DNA of 64,000 nucleotides, counting the filler, from Circinaria calcarea (Eukaryota): NCBI GenBank assembly GCA_051942165.1. It is 6 parts of 6 records of this genome, joined end to end, with 100 filler letters (N's around TTAATTAATTAA, not from the genome) between each part and the next. Parts side by side here need not be neighbours in the genome. Positions count along the whole stretch, not along the records: positions 43,120 to 53,782 come from JAVECS010000778.1; positions 53,883 to 64,000 come from JAVECS010000844.1; 4 more parts are not named here. One strand, written 5' to 3'. The stretch's first letter is position 1. Every line of letters starts with the position of its first letter. The position numbers and the translations under genes were made by a program. The notes beneath the pieces were generated by a model, which was given only the letters and a program-made list of their open reading frames with translations, searched no databases and had not been told where the DNA came from. Below are positions 51,405 to 64,000 of the stretch, one piece after another.

Positions 51405-52112
51405 CGCGGAATCAGAGACGATTCAGACGTCCCCATTCTTTACGAACTACGGATTCAACCCCACACAGAAAGAACTCAAAGAGGTCAGATAAATCGCACA
51501 ATAAGCGAACATGAAAGTTGAAAAAATCCAGTATTTGCACAAAGAACTGAGCAGAGACATCGCATTTTTGAGTGCGAGATCCGCGATTTATTATAACAGG
51601 ATCCACGGGAGTGGACCAGATCTGAAAAGAGAGGGGTAAAGTATATCTACTTGGGAGAAACATCAAGACAATACGTCCGAGCGACAAGTTGGACTTCAAG
51701 AAAATTGGACCGTTCAAAATCCTAAAGAAGGTAACCACGGTCAATATATCGGCTAGATTTGCCAGAATAAATGAAGATCTACCCAGTGTTCTATATTTCC
51801 TTGCTCGAAGTAGTAGACCCCGAAACCCTCATACAGACTGAACCTCCAGAGGTCGCAGCCGACTCGAAAGAAGAATTCGAAGTCGAAGGCATCCTAGATG
51901 CGGGTAAGATTGGAAGAATAATGCACTATTTGGTGAAATGGAAAGGGTGTGATACCTCCGTAAACACATAGGAGTCATCCAAGCACCTTAGGTATTGCTG
52001 GCCGAAGGTTGAGGAGTTCCACCGCCGGAACCCAGAGGTTCCACGGACCCGTCAACCAGGTCGTCACAAAAGGAATCGGGAAGAGAGTGCAGAGAGGAGT
52101 CAGGAATCGTAA
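51405..52112 (+). mobile_element. Degenerate Gypsy integrase C-terminus + chromodomain, related to the contig-2 element
   Basis: Aligns by eye with 21143-21475 (e.g. GAATCAGAGACGAT..., GGACTTCAAGAAAATTGGACC), then IYPVFYISLLE and EFEVEGILD...HYLVKWKG...NT*E. Stops and frameshifts are present. Confidence 0.9.
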
Positions 52113-52159
52113 TACTAGAATCTATCGGAAGAAGGCCTTTGTCGTAGTCGGGGCATAAA

Positions 52160-52830
52160 CAAATAGCAATTCATGAACCAACTACGTTGATTTATGAATA
52201 GACTGGTTCCTTTACAAATCAACTGGGCATTCGTAAAGCAACCGTCCATTTATAAACAAATCAATTTGTACGTGCCCTGGCTAATGCTGCTTTTCCACTC
52301 GGGAAATTGGCAATAAAGCCACTGAAAATTAGCTAGGATCCCCGCTGCTGCCACGTACCTCGCTGCTGCCAGCCTGCCACATACCCTCGCTGCCGTCACG
52401 CATATCGCTGCCGCCACGCCCTTATTATCGCCGCTGTCGCTGTCGCTGTAGCTACGCGTTGTGGCTACGCGCTGTGGCGGCAGCGAGATGTATGGCGACA
52501 GCGAGGTGTATGGCGGCAGTGAAGGTGCGTGGCAGCAGCGAGATGCGTGACGGCAAGCGAGGGTGTATGGCAGCGAGGGTGTATAGCAGCAGCGAGGTGG
52601 TGGCGTGGCAACGGCGTGTATGAATGACGTGTATGTTCGACGTCATGCTCAACGGATTCGGAAAACGCCACGCGGGAGGCTGAAACGACTGAATAGGGCC
52701 TGTTCCTGGTTAGCATAATAGCAGCATTAGTTGATTCGTGAATAAAACGCGCTAAATCAGTTGATTTATGAATCCTGTGTTGATTCATGACACAACCGGA
52801 TCATTTATAAACCACATATATTCACGGGCC
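52160..52830. mobile_element. Foldback-like non-autonomous element: inverted arrays of GC-rich ~18-20-bp repeats with AT-rich repeated flanks
   Basis: CTCGCTGCCGCCAC-type units (52342-52420) are mirrored by GTATGGCGGCAGCGAG units (52470-52600). CTAATGCTGCT/AGCAGCATTAG forms an outer pair and GTTGATTTATGAAT occurs on both flanks. Confidence 0.6.
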
Positions 52831-53628
52831 AACGCCAACAAGCCCTGTCATGTAAGTCCTCCGAGGCTACGACAGCAAAACGATCGGCTGCGCCGCCTCT
52901 ATATTATGGGCGATAGAATAGGGGCCAAAGGCAGCGTTTTTATTGGTCCCGATGGTCTGGTCTGAGACCTAGACCAGTCCAGATTAATAGTCTGAAGCCT
53001 GCTCTGAAAATTGGCTGCAGCATGGTCGTGCAATAGATTAGGAGCTGAAAGAGATGCTGAATAGTCAGGGTGCAGGCAGATGAGTTGGTAACCCTCATTA
53101 ATTGGCTTGGTCGGGTTAGGTGCATTAACAGTCTCCCTCCCCCTCTCCAAAAAGACAACTGTAATCGTGCTCGACCCCTCCAAGATCATATATGGTATAT
53201 GCTTCTTGCAGCAAGCCAGGCTCAGGCTTCATCCTTTGAAGATGGTATTTACAGTGCGAAGCGGGACAGAAGCGGACCCTGACATGCCTTGAGAAGGCCA
53301 TAAAGCCTGATTAAGCTGATATATTTCGGCTTACCCAGACCCTTGCGTTGCCTGACTTTAAACAGGGCAGGCTTGATCGAGAAAGCAGTGGGGCCGTCAG
53401 CCTTCTCGACAGACTGCAGAAGATAGGTATGACTTTGCAGAGAAAAGGCTGGATCACTCGATAAAAGTCGGACTATCTAAAACCTGGCGAATCAGAGAAA
53501 CCTGGTGAGCAGCAGGCTGGATTTAGCAATACTGTTGGAGGATATTACACCTAATACAAGTAGCTCTAGCCGGGCAAGAGGAAGCCAAATCAGGCTCCCA
53601 CCTGCTGCGCCCCTGCACTGCCCCATAG

Positions 53629-53730
53629 TGCTCCTTCTTGCTCCCTCGATGCTCCCCCTGCTCCCTCGGTGCTCCCCCTTGCTCCCTCGTTGCTCCCTCG
53701 TTGCTCCCTCTAAAGCGGCCCTGCTCCCTT
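53629..53730. repeat. Tandem TGCTCCC(TCGT) 10-11-bp minisatellite
   Basis: About 9 copies of TGCTCC near the contig end. Confidence 0.85.
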
Positions 53731-53782
53731 TCCCGGTCAAAACCGGCAATCGCCAATCCTAAGTTCGGGGTGTATATAATAT

Positions 53783-53882
53783 NNNNNNNNNNNNNNNNNN
53801 NNNNNNNNNNNNNNNNNNNNNNNNNNTTAATTAATTAANNNNNNNNNNNNNNNNNNNNNNNNNNNNNNNNNNNNNNNNNNNN
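53783..53882. other. Artificial contig-joining spacer
   Basis: N44-TTAATTAATTAA-N44. Confidence 0.98.
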
Positions 53883-54122
53883 GCTTCATACTATACATTG
53901 ACCCTTCCAAATGCTCTCTCACAACGTGACCGTAGCTATTTCATCAGCAGTTCCATTCCTTGTTCCATATATGCAGCAGTTCCCGGTATTCCACAGAAAA
54001 AGCATACTCTGAACCCTAGAATACTCGAGCACGACGTTTCCAGCTGATATGAGGCGGTAGAGGAGGCGGTGGGATCGGATATCGTGGGTGGTGGGACCAC
54101 CACCCCAAGGGCTACAGAAGCA

Positions 54123-54389
54123 TCACCGAAAAAAGATGCTAAGTTTCCAAATCTTACCCTGGGCCCCAATGTATGAGCCATCATGACGGAGGCACTCCGC
54201 CCACTTCACCGGCACGGGGCTGAGGTGGCACCCCGTGAAGGTGTGATCACCCATCGTGCTTAAGCAGCGCCCGCAAGCCCGGGCGACAAGAGTTCCTCTT
54301 TCCACCGTGAGCACGGCTTGCCTATACTGCTCGCCGCGCTCAAGGGCGCCTAGAATCTTAAGGACGACGCAGGCTCGACGAAACGGCAA
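54123..54389 (-). pseudogene. Possible DUF3716-like Cys-rich fragment
   Basis: QAVL..ERG....ACGRC....HTFTGC.....KWAEC resembles the RG..CxxC..F..C..CAxC spacing, with one Cys lost. Confidence 0.35.
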
Positions 54390-55388
54390 GGTCAGAAGCT
54401 GTCTCTCCCTAGCGGTAATGTTCCGCGGCGCACTCTAGGCAACTGCCTGACTGTTCACGAGCGCGTGTCCTTAGTAATTCATTATTTATTATTTAAACGA
54501 AAGGATTGGCCAGATTTCCTTTTCAATCCGGAGGATGAAAGCCTCCTTTATATAATATATACGGCTCCAGATCCGAGTCGCAGCTGTCACCGGGAGCGCC
54601 ATAAAGGCGGCTGTTGTCCTGGTAGAGTCTTGACAGAAGAGACGTTGTTTCGCGCAAATAATCATAGAGATATTAAGATGTTTCCATCTTTCCCGATATT
54701 ATGCAACCTTGTTCTTGCAAGATGCACAGCCCCATCAGAATTACGTAGGCAGGTGGTCCGGGCTAGCCATTATGAGCAGCCCCGAGAATACTCACAGATT
54801 CCGCTGCCACATTCGGGAAAAGATCTGCCGTGTTCGAAGAACATGGTCGACTAATAAACAAACGTTGCGTTCCCTCTAATTCCAGCATCCATGCGATATT
54901 CTGCTCGTAATGATGTGCCATGTGAAAGTCCGGTTGTAACCGCGGCCTATGCCCCGGGATTACCTCCGACGAAAGGTGTAAAATCTGCCCTACTATATCC
55001 ACCTGATCATCACGAGCTGTGAAGTCCTCCATAAGGGTAAGATACTGGATTTCTATGTGTCTAGCTCTGCTTGTCACCGCATTTCGGCCCACCGCTTCCG
55101 TGCTTGCCGTTACGACTTCTTCGCTTTCTTTATACGTCCCGGATCTGATAGCTGCCCCGTATTTTCTAAGCTTGTCTACCAACTCTGGTCTGATGGCCTC
55201 TGGTGATGGACAATTCTTATTTATAGCAACTTAAGAGTGGTACTCATCGGCTTAACTGCCTCCACCCGACGCTCTTTGAGCGTTAATTATCCACCAAACT
55301 CCGTAGAGCTACCATAAGAACATTGGTTTCTTTATGCCCGGTACGGTATACATAGCGTTTGGCTCGACGAGGCAAAGGGAAGAGTAGT

Positions 55389-55680
55389 ATACCCGGCCGT
55401 AATAACACGAGTAGAGATACTTCTAATCGATAATTATTAGACAGAGAAGATTGACCAAAAATTGGAATAAAAAGCCGACCGAAGCTAGACGCTGATAACC
55501 ACAGCCACGACGTAGGTATAAGAAATACCCGGCTGTAATAACGCGAGCAGATATGATACTTTTTAGCCGACAGGTGCCAGACGTAAAAGATTAATAAACG
55601 AGGGGAATCAGGTGGACCGAAGTCAGACACTGATAACCACCCGTGCGATATAAAGTTAATAAAGTACCTGGCCGTAAAGG
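55389..55680. repeat. Diverged ~137-bp tandem repeat (about 2.1 units)
   Basis: TACCCGGCYGTAATAACRCGAG at ~55390 and ~55527 (partial at ~55665); GACCGAAG..AGACRCTGATAACCAC at 55477 and 55615. Confidence 0.7.
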
Positions 55681-56496
55681 CGGAATAACTGCACACATGC
55701 TTGTTAATAAATTTTTTATTTGTTCGCTCGCATACGTAATAGATTAAAGGGGGAATACGGGGAGGTGAAAGGCGATGGTTTTGAGATTTAAGGACTTGCG
55801 GGATATGGAGTTAAGGGATGTGAAGCTGACGAATATCGAGTTAGCGGACGTAAAATTAACGAATATAAAGTTGAGCCTGAATCTGATGGTTTCGAGAATA
55901 ACAGGCGCCAATCGCCGCTGATAGTATACAACCCGGATCTTTTCTTTAGAGCCAGGCTTAAAATATCACGCTCTGTGGAGTTAATTACTCTTCGCGTTGG
56001 TGTCTTCCTTTTCAAACCTGCGACTCCTATATGACTTGGTAATGTGCAGCCCTTAAAAAGAGACGTAGTAGAATATAGATACCTGAAGGTTTTGGTTCAA
56101 TTGCAAACGCAGCCCTGGGTTTCCCCGCCGGTGCGCGACGATACTTTTCTTCTTTATTCAAGAAATGCCACAAAGAGTGGCTTAACAACGTAATGAAACA
56201 TCTTGAGTGCCGTTTCTTGGACTTTGTCTGTACCTTCTCGAGGTCTGTCTCCGTCTAGAACAACGTTAGAAAATTTTTATTGTTCCCAGCCTGATCTTCA
56301 GCGTCAACAACGTAGAAACCATTTGGAGCATTCCAACCACCAGGTCCCATTGTTATGGCGTCAGGCCATACTAAAGAAGGTTAACTCCGGAACGGAGGGA
56401 CCCTTGGACCGGTTGTTCAGTGTGCTCATGGAGATGAGCAAGGTAAGCACGGAGATTGCTCAGTATGCTCATGGAGGTGAGTAGGGTGAGCAACGG

Positions 56497-56916
56497 ATTA
56501 TATATAGCAGGCTATTCCCACTCTTTAGAATAGCATGCTTATAGACACACAACAGAGTAACAATAGACCAAGATTACGCTCTGGTAATCGTGCGCCACGG
56601 AGTGATTCTATCCCTTATACAAGTCTAGCTTTTCCTAGCATACTTACAGGTTGCTCCTAGTGCTCCCGAGGCTTAATAGGGAATATACGGAGGGTATCAC
56701 GGGAAACGTTCACAGACGCTCCCGGTGATCCCAGGGATTATAAGGATCACCCGGGGGCATAGTATTATATAAGCAGGCTGTTCCTGTTCATTAGAATAAT
56801 ATGCTTATAGATACCATATACGGAATAATAATTGACCGACATTACGTTCCGGTAATCATACACCACGGAGTGACTCTTTCCTTTATATAAGTCTAGCCTA
56901 TCCTAACACCCTTACA
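56497..56916 (+). repeat. Two diverged ~152-bp direct repeats resembling LTR 3' halves (TATA...CTTACA)
   Basis: 56497-56648 and 56764-56916 share ATTATATA.AGCAGGCT, ATGCTTATAGA, GGTAATC, CCACGGAGTGA, AAGTCTAGC, and both end CTTACA. Confidence 0.7.
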
Positions 56917-58816
56917 TACGGCTGCTCCGCTCATCTCTCTCCTGAAGGTGGCGGCACTTGTGAACGCCAGCGAGTATCTCTAGATGGCTGGAAACCCGAA
57001 CCCGACGAAGTTTGTAAAGCTGAATGATTCGCGAAGGCTCAGCTATATGAAGCTTAGTGGGGTACGGTTAAGTAAAAGGGAATGCACATACCATAGTGGG
57101 AACCTTAGTTCTTTCTACGAGCATTGCCATCCTTTCCCCCCAAAGCTACACGCTTTGAGGCTATGCCAACGTATGTATTCCACACCTTGGACAGTCGCTT
57201 AGTAAAGCATGTAATCAGAGGGGAAGATTTTACGGACCTTTTCGGCGAATCTTAAGCTTGTCAATGTTTCGCTCAGATGCTCTTGCAGCCTTTCGAGCTG
57301 CCATCAAAGGAGAACTGCAGCAACATTTGATAACTTTGACAGGCATTCGATCAGGGTGAGATGTCCTCGCTCAACCATTCCATTTGCTCCAGGGTTCTAG
57401 GCGGAAGTCAGCATTCGTGGTATGCCATATAGATCGAGACTCTTTCCCCAACCCCTAGCCGTTGGCAAAGTCCCAGCCTAGTCCTAACCCAAACCCCCCC
57501 TAGCAAAAGAAATAGATACCAAACCCCGCAAACACCGGAATTCGCGATACAATACGCCGAGATACCTATACGGACACAGAGACCATGAAAAAAATCAAAT
57601 AGAAACTCGGAAAAGCATCATATATAAATACGACTCTAGGTGTAGAAAATCGCAAACAGAAAGCAGCTGCCTACAACGGTAGAGAAGAGAAGAGAAGAGA
57701 AGCCCAGGTGATAGGGGGGAAGGGGGAGAATCTGGCTATGTCAAGTAGTGCGGAATGACTGACTGATTTCACGCAGTGAATTACGGGCTTCCCGGTGGAG
57801 TACGGATGAATGCAAAGATGATCGGAATTCACCAGCGGAACTTCCCAACCTTCCCACGTGTCTAGAGTTGGTATATGGCTTTTGAGGATGGTGTAGCAAT
57901 TAGTAGGTAGTAAAATTTATGAGAAATTGCGGTAGCCTCCTCATCAACATTCTGGATGATGCAACTTTAGGGCGGGTGGTAAGGTATTTGGTATTGTGAG
58001 ATATCTGCGGGATAATATGGCAATATCGAGATATAGATCATGGCGTTGTAACTTGCGTTGTGTAGCATATAAAGCACTGACTATCCTATGCAACTCTTTA
58101 TCAATCTTCCGCTTTCCCGACCCTTCCACTAACTCTCGTGTCCAGCTCCTAGTCGCGTCCTCTTGGCGATAACACCCTACCCGTAAATTCTCAAGCCGCT
58201 CGATATGTTGAGTATTCCCAGCCTATAGAGAAGCGTTAGCACATCCTGCTCTAATTTCGAAGAAATTAAGCAGAAAACATGGACGACAATATGCTTCAGA
58301 GACCCGATTCTAAGCATCGACGGCTGCATTTGACGATGCTGCCATGCCTTTTCCGGCTCTTCCTAAGGCTGCACGGGTATCGTATTTCTCATCATGATAA
58401 AGGAGCAGCAAAGCAGGAAATCAAGTTTAAATACCTCGACATTTGTTCCGGAGAGAAACAGCTTTGGAGTTTCTAGTGGGAACATCTACTTCCGGAGTAA
58501 TAAGGCTGGCTTATCGCATAGCAGTAGCCAGTAGTATTGTTAAGGCACTGGGTCTCAACGGCGTCTTCTGGTCGAATTTCCCGAGAACATGATTGCATGT
58601 CGAAGACGATCAGACGAAAGACAAGCAACGGGGAGTTCATCCGTAAATTCTTTGGGAGCCTTGATATGTCGCCACGCCAGGGCTCTCATACTGTATAGCT
58701 CCATTCCTAATATCGTCCAGGGGATTAAACTTCTTCGAGGCCCCCAGCCACGAATACAAGCCCCCAAGGCGTACTCCTTGCTAAACTCAGAGAGGTCGGA
58801 GACTATATCCTATGCT

Positions 58817-61800
58817 TTAGGCAAAACTGAGCTTGACTTCCTGTTCTTTGCCGAAATCGTCATCTTCTTCATCTATCCAAGCATTATGGTCAAGGTCCAT
58901 GCTGGTAACACTCAATGGCATATTGACAGCGGACTTGAGCTCGGGGCGGGATGAAGGAGTAGGTGTCGGCGTCTGTAGACCTTGGTCTTGCCACGCGAGA
59001 ACTGCTGACGGGAGGGGATGAGATGTATCAAATGACATCAAGACCTTTTCCCTGCCATTCTGCAAATCGTCCTCAACGTTCGTATATTCATGCTCGCCGT
59101 TCTCGAAAGGATTTGTTATATGCCCATTAGGTATGATTACTTCCGAATGGATCCCCTCAGGTTTCGGACGCAAACCTAAATCTGCCCCATTGAAACTTTT
59201 AGTTTCTCGAAGGACCGGAAATTCATCCTGCGAGATCTTCTCAGTCGAGGCCCTTGTCCCATTCAAATCGAGTTTCATAGGCGGCAACGTTGACTCCAAC
59301 TGCCTGACCTCCATCTGCTCACTAGCTAACTCTGCTCGGATAGCATCGATGTCGAAAAGAATACAATTCTCTGGCCTGGGACTCCCTGAAGCTTCGCCGG
59401 GACTTTCTTTTGATTTCTCATCATAAGTTTCCCATCCTTTCTTCCTGGCAAGCTTTCCTCTTTTGAAGAAGCCAAATCTCCTTTTCTCGGGCGTAGATTC
59501 AGCTTCATGGCGGGCCTCATCAATCTCTCGAATGAGTTCACGTTGGCGTTTTTCGTGATTGTCAGGATCAGGATCCTCAATCTCAGTAAACTCTTCACTC
59601 TCAACTTCCCACCCAACCTCGCGTAGGAGACGCGGCATAGCCGCCCGGTAGGCCATATGTCCATTAACATGTTCAGTGAAGTTGATGTTCTCAACTCCCG
59701 GAACGTCTTCGACTGGAGCGAGACCAGCTATACGTGATATGCCACCACTTGTGGCGCGGAAAAGATAGCCTAGTATATTCTGTTAGTGTACCAAGGTTGG
59801 TACTGGAAAGGAATCAATACCTAAGATCCAGTCATTGGATGCATATCCGTTGACAAATCGGCCAGAGACCACGGCCCTTGCCCGTATGTACTCTTCTTTC
59901 TTTGCGACGACAGGGGAACCGAACAAGTACACATTTTGCACCAGTCCATGCGCACCTTGGTTGGCCAATTCCCTCAGGCAGGAAAAGATGACCCGTGATC
60001 CGAGAGAGAAACCAACAAGTGTAATGGGCCTGACACCAAGATTTCGAGCCATCAACGAGTCAGCTAATATCAACCCAGCCGCATCTGCTCTGTCCATAGA
60101 AACAGCCCATGGATTGTCGATAAGGTAGGAAAGCTTTGTGAGCACTATCGGTAATGTCAAGGAGGCCATGAGGGCGGTAAGTATCGTACTTGCCAGAACT
60201 TGTTGTAAGCCTTGAGTAAGAGCCTACAGACAGTAAGTATAATCGATGGAGTATCAAGTCGAAGCACCTTACCTCAGTAGCTAATATTCTTATAGTATCG
60301 CCCATGCTCTGCAACATATCTGGCTCCCAGAGAACCGAATACATATCTCCCATGATTGGATCTATGGTACTGAATGGTAGTCGCACATCATCAATCTTAC
60401 CATTCATCCAACCAGATATCGTCACAATGAGATTTACACGTTTGTTATTATGTAAAGGTCGATACTCAAATGTTTTGACGGCACCAGTCCTGCGATGTGA
60501 CGCTCTCACAGCAATCGTACCACCAGACAACACGGCACCGCTGGTTATGAGGGCTGTGCCTCCCGCACCGGCGAGAAACCCGCTGGTCCCAGCAACGCCA
60601 ATGGTCGTAAATCCGGCTGCTAAACCGGCTCCAATCACTGGCGCAAGCAAACCTGCTGAGAGTCCGATGACAAGACTACCACCTACCGTTGCAAGTCCCA
60701 TCATCATATACTTACGCTTCAACGCTTTTTTTCTTCGACTCTCCATATGATCTGCTTCATCCCAATTCTCTCTAGCAGCCGCTTCCTGCATCTCCAAGGC
60801 GTCCGTAACGCGCTTCTCGAAGCGACAGATATCAAGCCATTTAATGTCCATGGCAGCACCGACGCGCTCGAGAAGCACCCTAGAGCGAGCATCGTAGATA
60901 GAATCGGCAATCAACACGAGAAAGAGATCGCAAAGGACAGTCCACCGGAGATCGATGTCAATGCTTCTTGTAGGAGGGAGCATAGTAGGGTTACGAACTT
61001 CTGGAAGGTCATCGTCCTTGTGTATTTCATAGGCGGGTGGAGATGGACATTCCGATATCCTCTCGGCAGAAACAGAAGGGGCGCGAGATGGCCTTCTTCC
61101 ATTACTATTCAGGTTGGGGGATGACACGGAAGACCGGGACGGTGAGGATTCCATGGCCATAGGGTTTCTGACGCGAGAATTTTGCATCAAGGCAGGCGTG
61201 AGATCCCTTGGTTGAACACCATGCTCAGCCAACTGCTCGATCATAACCTGCTCTACGAACTATTAGTGGTATAATAAATATATAGCAGAACGGAACCATA
61301 CCTAAAGAGTTTATCTCCATATGCGTATATAACCGTACCATCATCTTCTGGCTCCACTTTTTCATTGACTCAATGGCAGAAGCAATTTCTTTCTTAACCG
61401 ACGAACTGAGTTCCTTCTTGACAGGCTCTTTTTTATCAGGTGAACTAGTTTCCTTTTTGACAACTTTGGCTACTTGTATACTTTCCAGATATTCCACCAT
61501 TTGCACCATTGCCAGTCGTGTGACTCCAACATATGCAATTCTTTGTCCTTCCGTCAATAAGTCCTTCGTAGCCTGCATCTGAGCCAAGGGATCTCTTTGA
61601 TCCTCATCTTCATCCACCACATTTGTGCCTTTATCTTTAAAAAGGTAGCTGGTGTTTTCATCCATACTGGTTGCCGACTTCGCATCATCATCCACCAGAA
61701 CTCTAGTATACCCCTTTCCTGCTCCCCCAATTCCATCATAGGCATCTCCCTCTTGATCCGAATCGTGTACCGCTCGAGCTACGAGATGCCCCTCGTCATC

Positions 61801-62415
61801 ATAGTGATCGTATTTGCCATATGCCGGCATATCCTGCCATTCATCGTCTTCTTTCTCTTCCTTGACTTCTACATGGTTGGAGGCGAGAACCTGATGTGAC
61901 CATTCGGAGACCCCGCCTGCAGGAAGAACAGGACCGCTTTCAGGTATTCTACCCAGCCTAGGAGACTCGACTATGTTCCCATCCTTTTGATTATCCATGG
62001 ATTGCCGTACCAAATGCGAGGCGTCATGGTCGGAGTTACGAAGAGGTGGAGGGCTTGGAGGGCTTGAAGATGCTCGAGTTGCATCTACCGGACTTTCAGC
62101 TTCAGTAGATTTTCGAAACGCTTGTGACCGCCGATCGCCACTTGAGGGTATCTTTGTTATACTTTCTTCTGCTCTTTCCTCACCCTGTCCTACATCTGAC
62201 GCTCCTGTAATCCCACGTCTTGGTACTCGAGGTTGACTTATTTTCAAAGGCAGACCGAGCTCGTCCAAAATGGGACCCTCCTCCACCGTCGTGGGTGGCA
62301 ACTTCTTTGCCGCTGCACTCGGCTCGACCGATGCCCTTCGTCCTGGGACATAGGCAGAGGGAGGTAAAGTCGCTGGAGGCTTTTCTTTCTCTAGTTCTGA
62401 TAGGCTATCGCTCAT
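58817..62415 (-). CDS. DUF726/TMCO4-family alpha/beta-hydrolase-like membrane protein (Mil1/YFL034W-like); exons 62415-61302, 61252-60273, 60223-59821, 59769-58817
   Basis: DLRWTVLCDLFLVLIADSIYDARSR, GLATVGGSLVIGLSAGLLAP, YLIDNPW, RPITLVGFSLGSRVI (GxSxG), GRFVNGY, GHMAYR. Three phase-consistent introns. Confidence 0.93.
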
Positions 62416-63529
62416 TATGTGACTGTAAGTTACCCATGTAGCCTCCAGCTATACGGGATGACCAACTATTCGATGTCCGCATTTGATTATACGTATAATT
62501 TATGTCGGAGGACAGCCGCTGAACTCAAATCAGCTCTACAAGCAGTGAAAGAACAAAGCGACTTGTGGTCATTGTGCATAGAGCCTGGAGAAATCCCGCA
62601 CGGGCCAGATCTTGCTCGGATCGGAGCTTTTTTGCATCCGGGTTTGGAACCCTTACTCTCATACTTAAACTAATAGTAAAGAAGTGGATTTCATCAACCC
62701 TATAACAAAGATATCGACAGAAGCGAGAGACTAAGTTTGTCAAAATATCTTTCTAAGTAATGAATGCATTCGCGAAAAGAGCCTTGTGAGAGATAAATAA
62801 ACCAACAATTTCATCGATCGAACAGAGCACATCCTAGCTGGAATACACTCTACTAAATCTTTCCAAATGCCAAGACTCGGCTACTAATAGATGCCCTATT
62901 TGTTCTATCGTGCAGAGACGTACTGACATTCTACGAGAATCGATTCACAACTCACAAAGCTTACAAAGTGGGCAGCGTAGACAACTTCAGATTGGAAGGA
63001 TTCGGCCAGAGAATTCATGGCTTCTTGAAGTTTCTATTGATATCTCTGGGATGGCAGAACAGCGTTCTAGTTTGTAAGTGCTATTTGAGTAAATTTTAGG
63101 ATTCACTTTGCTACCTTCGGAAGTAAATGCTACTACTTCTATAAAGGTTTAAAGCTTACAATTGTCCAGGTAACAATGATTTTTCGAAGCCTGTGATTCA
63201 GTCCCTCACACTAGCATCACAGTGGCTTGACAGTTGCTTAAATACCCCACCTCGAACATAGGCAAACGCCGGAGCGAGTCGCGTTCAGACCCACTCGCTT
63301 ATCGAGGCAGAGTCGATGACGGCCTTAAGGTCTTTCTACGAGGGAAAGAAGAGATTCAATACTTTCATGGCTATGTCGCTTTGAGCTGGTAGCAGTGCCA
63401 GGGGGCACAGCGCCGATCTACCGAGGAGCTACCGGAGTATCAGCGAGCAACTCTCAACACATTGACAGCACCGGTCGCTCTTCTATATTCCTCACCTACA
63501 CCCGTACACGTTAGATACCCCTGAAGACC

Positions 63530-64000
63530 ATGGCAGCAGCGGCAACTAACTCTTCTACATTTCCTCTCTTCTCGAGCCTCCCTCCAGAGCTCCGCGACCA
63601 GATATGGCGTGACGCTCTGCCTGGTGAAATCGGGCCAGCTTTGTACTTCTACAGAAAGGGGTGTTGGTGCCCCCGAAACCTATCACCATCTGACGAGGGA
63701 TATGACCCTAAGAACGGCGAGATGAATCTATATTTTGAGTTCCGCCACGATTTGTTAGACGCTGTCCAGCTTGAAGTCCCGCTATTCTTCGTCAACCGCG
63801 AGGCCCGTAACATCGCCTTGGCCTGGTTTGGTGAACATGGTATCGAGATACGCACCCGCGAGGATAAACGGTCTCCTGTCTTGGTGTGCCCTTTTAACCC
63901 AATACGTGATGTGCTGTATATTGCGCTTGACAAATGGGATGAGTTTAAGTGCGAGTATTACGATCGAATGTTCCAACCGGATCTCTTCGAGAAGCTTCTC
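63530..64000 (+). CDS. 2EXR-domain protein, runs off the window end
   Basis: MAAAATNSSTFPLFSSLPPELRDQIWRDAL...PLFFVNREARNIA...PFNPIRDVLY; open to the window end (absent from the ORF track because no stop is reached). Confidence 0.85.
   Translation, partial: MAAAATNSSTFPLFSSLPPELRDQIWRDALPGEIGPALYFYRKGCWCPRNLSPSDEGYDPKNGEMNLYFEFRHDLLDAVQLEVPLFFVNREARNIALAWFGEHGIEIRTREDKRSPVLVCPFNPIRDVLYIALDKWDEFKCEYYDRMFQPDLFEKLL

Noticed and set aside
54763..55182. Copia RNase H fragment (RARHIEIQY)
   Set aside because: Only one short motif matches; the upstream DN and downstream ADxLTK motifs are missing.

Overview
Filamentous ascomycete (Pezizomycotina) DNA with GT-AG introns and CTAAC/CTGAC branch sites; a lichen-forming Lecanoromycete is a weak inference. 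The window is not one locus: six contigs are joined by artificial 100-bp N44-TTAATTAATTAA-N44 spacers and sorted by descending length (>=10689, 10686, 10680, 10664, 10663 bp, then a truncated one). Contig 1 holds core genes (EBP sterol isomerase, a large DH/PH-like protein, LEU4). Contig 2 is transposon-rich: a Tc1/IS630 relic, an HR-PKS pseudogene, a 102-bp MITE with CAC termini and a 5-bp TSD, and an open-frame Ty3/Gypsy element with a palindromic 134-bp LTR and a -1 frameshift pseudoknot. Contig 3 has Starship hallmarks (DUF3723 pseudogene, RIP-type inactivated DUF3435 captain) on either side of an intact, isolated flavin-dependent halogenase. Contig 4 holds TIP20, a HeLo-like/ankyrin gene, an SDR, a PLP decarboxylase and NOP9. 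Contig 5 is accessory DNA (PD-(D/E)xK-like, DUF6601, F-box, FTA2 kinase-like, chromovirus relic, foldback). Contig 6 has repeat relics, a DUF726 gene and a 2EXR gene. Family names come from motif recognition; no searches were run.
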